DNA of 64,000 nucleotides from a virus: the IMG/VR virus record IMGVR_UViG_3300025684_000016, positions 1 to 64,000 of that record. The stretch is one strand, 5' to 3'. The notes under the pieces were generated by a model. The model saw only the letters and a list, made by a program, of their open reading frames with translations, did no database searches and was not told the origin of the DNA. This document shows positions 60,560-64,000 of this stretch, piece after piece. Position numbers and translations under genes: made by a program. Each line of letters begins with the position of its first letter. Positions within the stretch are counted from its first letter, which is position 1.

Positions 60560-61672
60560 CTATTGTTTTTTTACATTAAAAAACCCATTTCCGTAAACAG
60601 ATATTTCTCCAACGTTGTCTAATTCACCTAACCTTAGATTCATTTCCAACACTCCTTGCTTTCCACGCTCAACAAACACGTCTGAATAAATAGACGGTTC
60701 ATCAATAAATCCGATGAAATGTTCGTTTCTGGTTAACATTTTATTGAACACTTCTTCTTGTTCAAATGATGTCGTTGTACCTGTTATTGTCGTATGACCA
60801 TCGTCGTAATCTCTATATGTTAGGTTATCAATAGTGTAACCTGAATATGTTAAACCAGCACTGTCAGTACCCGTTGTCACACCGTTATAGGTGTTTTGTC
60901 CATATTTTTTTAATTCTGATATTCTACTTCTACCCATCCCCGCAAAATATAATGTTGCGTCTGAATCATTATCAGTTATATCAAGATCATTGATATAATT
61001 TTGATTAGTTGTGATTGATTTGTAAGGAATTGTAAAAGGACCAAAAGTTCCGTTCGGATTACTCACAGAAATATTTTTGGGTACTGTAATCTTTTTTGTT
61101 GTTTTTTTATTTGCCCACACATTATTTAATGAAATTGAGACATTATAAGTCCCAACAGCACTAAAAGTGTGTTGTAAAAATGCGAGGTTATTGCCTGTAC
61201 CAACATTAATCGTATCGGTATTACCATCTCCCCAATCAACATCAAACGTTTCGTTTACTATTATCTTTAAACTGTCCCGATCAATTGAGTTATATAACCT
61301 AACAGTATTTCCACCTGTTATTGTATAATTAAAATTACATAATAATTCAACCTGTTGAATGTCACCATCAAAACCGACCATTCCACCCATTTCATCTGCC
61401 ATAGATTCTAAATAAACAGGAAGGTCGTAAGTGTCATATGCTTGTTCTCTTGTGATTGTGCTCCATGATGTTCCACCCCATTTGTAATATCCTTCACTAA
61501 GACTTCCTGAATTGTAAACAACTTCGTTTACTTCAGGACCAATATAAACCCCGTTGGATCCTGACCATGGAATGACATTATCATTTGGGTCGTACCATGT
61601 TTGATCAGTTAATGATGTTAACGATCCTGTCTGTATTGATTTTAATCTTAATGTGTATCGATTGTTTTCCAT
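60560..61672 (-). CDS. Virion structural protein with PKD-like domain
   Basis: VDWGDG..HTFSAVGTYNVSISL PKD signature. Confidence 0.65.
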   Translation of the reverse strand: MENNRYTLRLKSIQTGSLTSLTDQTWYDPNDNVIPWSGSNGVYIGPEVNEVVYNSGSLSEGYYKWGGTSWSTITREQAYDTYDLPVYLESMADEMGGMVGFDGDIQQVELLCNFNYTITGGNTVRLYNSIDRDSLKIIVNETFDVDWGDGNTDTINVGTGNNLAFLQHTFSAVGTYNVSISLNNVWANKKTTKKITVPKNISVSNPNGTFGPFTIPYKSITTNQNYINDLDITDNDSDATLYFAGMGRSRISELKKYGQNTYNGVTTGTDSAGLTYSGYTIDNLTYRDYDDGHTTITGTTTSFEQEEVFNKMLTRNEHFIGFIDEPSIYSDVFVERGKQGVLEMNLRLGELDNVGEISVYGNGFFNVKKQ

Positions 61673-61674
61673 AA

Positions 61675-62481
61675 TTAAGGTGTTGTGTCTTTCATTTCGT
61701 AAAAATTAATTGGTGATGCTGACGTACCAATTCGAGTACCCGCGACGTTGTTTACACTATCATATTCAGATATCATGTAGTTATATGTCGGAGCATTACT
61801 CTTATCCATCTCAACTATATAATATAAATCTTCCTCTTCTACGGGTATTGAAAGATCACTAATTGCGTTATTTGTGAATTGTGAACGTTCTCCGTTAAAT
61901 GCATTATGAAATTTAGCCGTCATATAAAACGTACCACCCGTTAAAAGTGTCTCCTCAAGTACGGTGTCATCTTCAAACCAAAAGAGATACATATTTTCTT
62001 TATTCTTAAATGGTGACCCATTAAAGACAGGAACTTTTATTTCTTGACCTGAAGTTAGTGTGACCTCTTCTCCAACCATTGGATTCAACATTTTAGAAAA
62101 AACCAATCTTCTATTTTGTCTATTAGGTGGATCATTGTCAGGTGTTTTATAGAATTCTAACTTAAAGAAACTATTTTTTAAATCTATCACGTTTTGATCT
62201 GTCTGTTCAATACCCACAATATTATAATCTAACCCAAGTGTATATGAGTTTAGTTTTTTGAAATAGAAGTAAAACCAAATATCACTCTGTTGAATACCAT
62301 TAGAGGTGTATGGTTTATGAATATACCTACACGTCTCATAATTCTCCACAGGATTAATTATGTCCTCTAAAACCTCCCTTTCGTACGTTTGGAATGATTC
62401 ATCCCAACCCGCATCAGTTCTGAAATTCTGATTAGTCCCTATAACCAATTTCTTATCTCCGTTTTCGTTTCTTAATTTCAT
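61675..62481 (-). CDS. Hypothetical structural protein (baseplate region)
   Basis: 268-aa ORF abutting its neighbours. Confidence 0.65.
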   Translation of the reverse strand: MKLRNENGDKKLVIGTNQNFRTDAGWDESFQTYEREVLEDIINPVENYETCRYIHKPYTSNGIQQSDIWFYFYFKKLNSYTLGLDYNIVGIEQTDQNVIDLKNSFFKLEFYKTPDNDPPNRQNRRLVFSKMLNPMVGEEVTLTSGQEIKVPVFNGSPFKNKENMYLFWFEDDTVLEETLLTGGTFYMTAKFHNAFNGERSQFTNNAISDLSIPVEEEDLYYIVEMDKSNAPTYNYMISEYDSVNNVAGTRIGTSASPINFYEMKDTTP

Positions 62482-64000
62482 TTAACAGTCATCATCATCA
62501 CTTGTAAAGTTTTTAATCCCAACTCCCTTATTAAGGAATCGTTCTTCATTTCTAAACAAAAAGTTTATGTCGCTATGGACGTAGTGTTGGCCGTTGGTAA
62601 AAGGGTGATTTGTTCCAAAATTGTCAGGATCAACATACCCATGATCGTATAAATCTCTCCATTTCCACACACCATTTAGTTCATCATATATTACATTTTC
62701 AGGTAAATTATGAATGTTATTTGTATTCGCAGTCTCAACATAAGGTGATAATTCCCTTAGTTTTATTCTGTGGTGTGGTTGGTAGATTAACCCACTCGGA
62801 TTAGTTTGACTAAGTCCCGCGAAAGTACCCTTCAAGGATGACTGACCGTGATTAAAAATGAGGACATCCGAAGATATTTTATGAAACCCCTCACTTAGTA
62901 TTGTTTCCTTAAAATCTTGTTCGTTATATTCGACAAATGCACCATCTAATACAGTTCCCACAGGTAACTCATCACCCTGTTTGAAGGTGAAACCACTACT
63001 ACTGACAGATGTAAATGGTAAATTCGTATCAGAACCCGAAAACGAGTCATCAAATTGTTCATCCACCCAACTATTATGAAAATTAAACTTCCATCCGTTT
63101 CTTGGTGGGTAATTAAAATACCCATTTCTATTTCTGAATGTAGTTGTCAGATATACCTCAGTTGGTGTATAATTAAGGTTATTTCTTAATCCTTTAATAT
63201 CTATTGCATTTTTAAAATGATACAATACCGATTCAGGTCTATTCTGTTCGATATAAACATCATTTCTTTGATCCGCAGTTTCAAATTGTAATTTCCTTTC
63301 AATTTCAAAAATCGGTGTCTCAAACCCACAATTATCAATAATACAATCATCCACGGTAGTTATTGTCTTATGTTTGTGTACGTAATATTTTGATGTGGTT
63401 TGTATAATGTTAGTTCTATCTAAACATCGTTGTCCGAAAACAACACCAATAGAATCCATAATTGTAATTTGACTCGTAGTGAATTCTGATTTTGATATGT
63501 TTATAACATATAATTCAGATTCATAGTTATTATCTCCAACAGAAGTAATATTAAAAACCCTGTCAGATTTATTTACGTTTGTTAATGTTGTTCCCGAAAG
63601 AACAATATGTTCACCTAAAGACATATTATGTTTTATAGGACTTATTAATTGGTATGAGGTATCGAAAACCTCAACTCTAAATGGTACTCCTGATTCAGCA
63701 GTGAAGTCGTACGTTGTGTTACCAGATAGGGTGTATTTCATTGGGTAAGTACTATCATGATCATAAACATAACTCACATGGTAGTTCCAATTCCACGTAG
63801 ACGAATCCAACACAGTTATTGTTGTATGGTCAGTTGTCCCCGTTAATGATATTGTTTGGTTGAATTGTCCAATTGTGGATCCTGTTGCGGTCGCGACTTC
63901 TCTAACCGTATCTCTCCTTATAAACGCAAATTCGTCATAGGGTAAATAACCCGTCCAATCACCATCTAATCCATCACCTAAATCGTATAAACTATTTTTA
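62482..64000 (-). CDS. Partial structural protein; N-terminus lies beyond the window
   Basis: The frame of track ORF 62482..63813 stays open to the window edge (KNSLYDLGDGLDGDWTGYLPYDEFAF...). Confidence 0.75.
   Translation of the reverse strand, partial: KNSLYDLGDGLDGDWTGYLPYDEFAFIRRDTVREVATATGSTIGQFNQTISLTGTTDHTTITVLDSSTWNWNYHVSYVYDHDSTYPMKYTLSGNTTYDFTAESGVPFRVEVFDTSYQLISPIKHNMSLGEHIVLSGTTLTNVNKSDRVFNITSVGDNNYESELYVINISKSEFTTSQITIMDSIGVVFGQRCLDRTNIIQTTSKYYVHKHKTITTVDDCIIDNCGFETPIFEIERKLQFETADQRNDVYIEQNRPESVLYHFKNAIDIKGLRNNLNYTPTEVYLTTTFRNRNGYFNYPPRNGWKFNFHNSWVDEQFDDSFSGSDTNLPFTSVSSSGFTFKQGDELPVGTVLDGAFVEYNEQDFKETILSEGFHKISSDVLIFNHGQSSLKGTFAGLSQTNPSGLIYQPHHRIKLRELSPYVETANTNNIHNLPENVIYDELNGVWKWRDLYDHGYVDPDNFGTNHPFTNGQHYVHSDINFLFRNEERFLNKGVGIKNFTSDDDDC

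Noticed and set aside
1-64000. Stop-codon reassignment as seen in some large phages
   Set aside because: The standard code gives full-length, tightly packed genes, and TAA, TAG and TGA all occur as sensible gene ends
1-64000. tRNA, rRNA, integrase or transposase genes
   Set aside because: None recognised; intergenic gaps are short and AT-rich. No covariance search was run

Overview
This is an AT-rich, gene-dense segment of a large tailed-phage (jumbo-type) genome, with almost all genes on the minus strand. The host is probably Bacteroidota, inferred from a Bacteroidota-style ClpP, a short RpoD-type sigma factor, an Hc1/H1-like protein, SprB repeats, one TAnnTTTG promoter and A-rich start contexts without obvious Shine-Dalgarno sequences. 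There are three blocks. (1) 1-16.5 kb: a tail-fibre cluster with a 3018-aa fibre (S74 chaperone) and three related Ser-rich fibre-like proteins. (2) 16.5-36.9 kb: redox, methylation, host-takeover, possible lysis and recombination genes (Grx, Trx, Dam-like MTase, Hc1, degenerate amidase, sigma-70, ClpP, SbcC/SbcD, two cytidylyltransferases, PD-(D/E)XK nucleases, primase, RuvC). (3) 36.9-64 kb: a baseplate region. The best candidate for a new system is a 2658-aa baseplate-wedge-like protein with a ~775-aa Pro/Ser/Thr stalk carrying 16 copies of an NCDFDVD(I/V) peptide and a vWA-like tip. It is followed by six genes built as [small N-terminal domain]-[PT/PS linker]-[variable tip: cadherin+SprB, vWA-like, Cys-rich], which share domains and a 62-nt identical DNA block; this looks like a modular, recombination-shuffled virion adhesion apparatus. 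Other sequence-level observations: a likely -1 frameshift at an A11 run that adds a 106-aa Pro/Thr tail, three same-loop hairpins over the tail-fibre start codon, a self-contained ~125-nt transcription unit, and two promoter classes. All family assignments come from visual motif recognition; no searches were run.
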